Source: Lepidodermella squamata
Lineage: Eukaryota; Animalia; Gastrotricha
Reading direction: 5' to 3'
Length of the DNA stretch: 64,000 bases
Assembly: GCA_047495785.1 (NCBI GenBank)
Contig: JBLDXI010000029.1
Coordinates: 992,001-1,056,000 of the forward strand
Under the pieces are notes generated by a model. That model was not told where the DNA came from, searched no databases, and saw nothing but the letters and a program-made list of their open reading frames with translations. The translations under genes and the position numbers were made by a program. Positions 63,660-64,000 of this stretch are shown piece by piece (position 1 is the first letter of the stretch; each line of letters opens with the position of its first letter).

Positions 63660-64000
63660 TCATCGGCGGCTCTCCGCAGATGGAGGAGGGCGGAACATTC
63701 CTCCCGTCAACTGATTACTAGCTCGCGAGTTTGTCGAAGCAGCAGACATTGCCCACGCAGGCGGTCTTGATTGTTGCTGTGACGTAGCACTCGCAACAGC
63801 CTCTGGGCCCCGAATAGCAGAAGGAGGCATTTCCTGACCCGCGTTACTGATCACAGACATGGGGCGGAACATCATGCTCGGCGCGTCGTGATGACTGCTC
63901 GGCAACCGCACCTGCTGATCATTTGACTGAAGAAGTGATGTGTTACTGGTGGGCAATGGGGTTGCAGCGACCATGACCGGGCGCGAAAAGTTATTATGGG
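63660..64000 (-). CDS. 3' end of an unidentified gene (Ser/Pro/Gln/Met-rich tail), 5' part outside window
   Basis: Frame is open from the window edge (HNNFSRPVMVAATP...) to stop 63660; low-complexity coding-like composition. Confidence 0.55.
   Translation of the reverse strand, partial: HNNFSRPVMVAATPLPTSNTSLLQSNDQQVRLPSSHHDAPSMMFRPMSVISNAGQEMPPSAIRGPEAVASATSQQQSRPPAWAMSAASTNSRASNQLTGGMFRPPPSAESRR

Noticed and set aside
1-64000. CRISPR arrays, rRNA, prokaryotic or viral systems
   Set aside because: No repeat-spacer arrays, rRNA motifs or prokaryote-type operons; the genes carry spliceosomal introns.

Overview
Eukaryotic (metazoan, invertebrate-type) compact genomic DNA with GT-AG introns, mostly 36-65 nt, and several longer introns filled with transposon debris. 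Protein genes reconstructed by hand from splice sites: TTLL7-like tubulin polyglutamylase (partial), PHF7/G2E3-like PHD protein, a divergent KNL1/Spc105-like kinetochore scaffold (SILK+RVSF, 5 exons), RBPMS/couch-potato-like RRM protein, an unknown 417-aa helical protein, two tandem ankyrin-SOCS-box genes, TRAPPC12, eIF3e, CYFIP, PEX13, a NEK-like kinase-ankyrin fusion, LRRC49, an NPF/polybasic-CaaX protein and a partial gene at the right edge. A small-RNA cluster at 16.0-18.0 kb holds tRNA-Glu(TTC), tRNA-Lys(TTT), tRNA-Ser(TGA), a probable 7SK RNA and an unnamed two/three-hairpin RNA with an Sm-like site (SL/SmY-like candidate). Three observations stand out. (1) Two paralogous TATA-driven genes encode secreted, highly cationic block proteins with (Ser-X)n blocks, architecturally like underwater silk/adhesive proteins. 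(2) Nearly all housekeeping genes have an apparently unpaired splice acceptor just upstream of the ATG and sit in tight co-oriented runs, suggesting spliced-leader trans-splicing/operons. (3) The kinase-ankyrin gene lies between two copies of the PEX13 3' end. All calls come from reading the sequence and recalled family motifs; no database searches were run.
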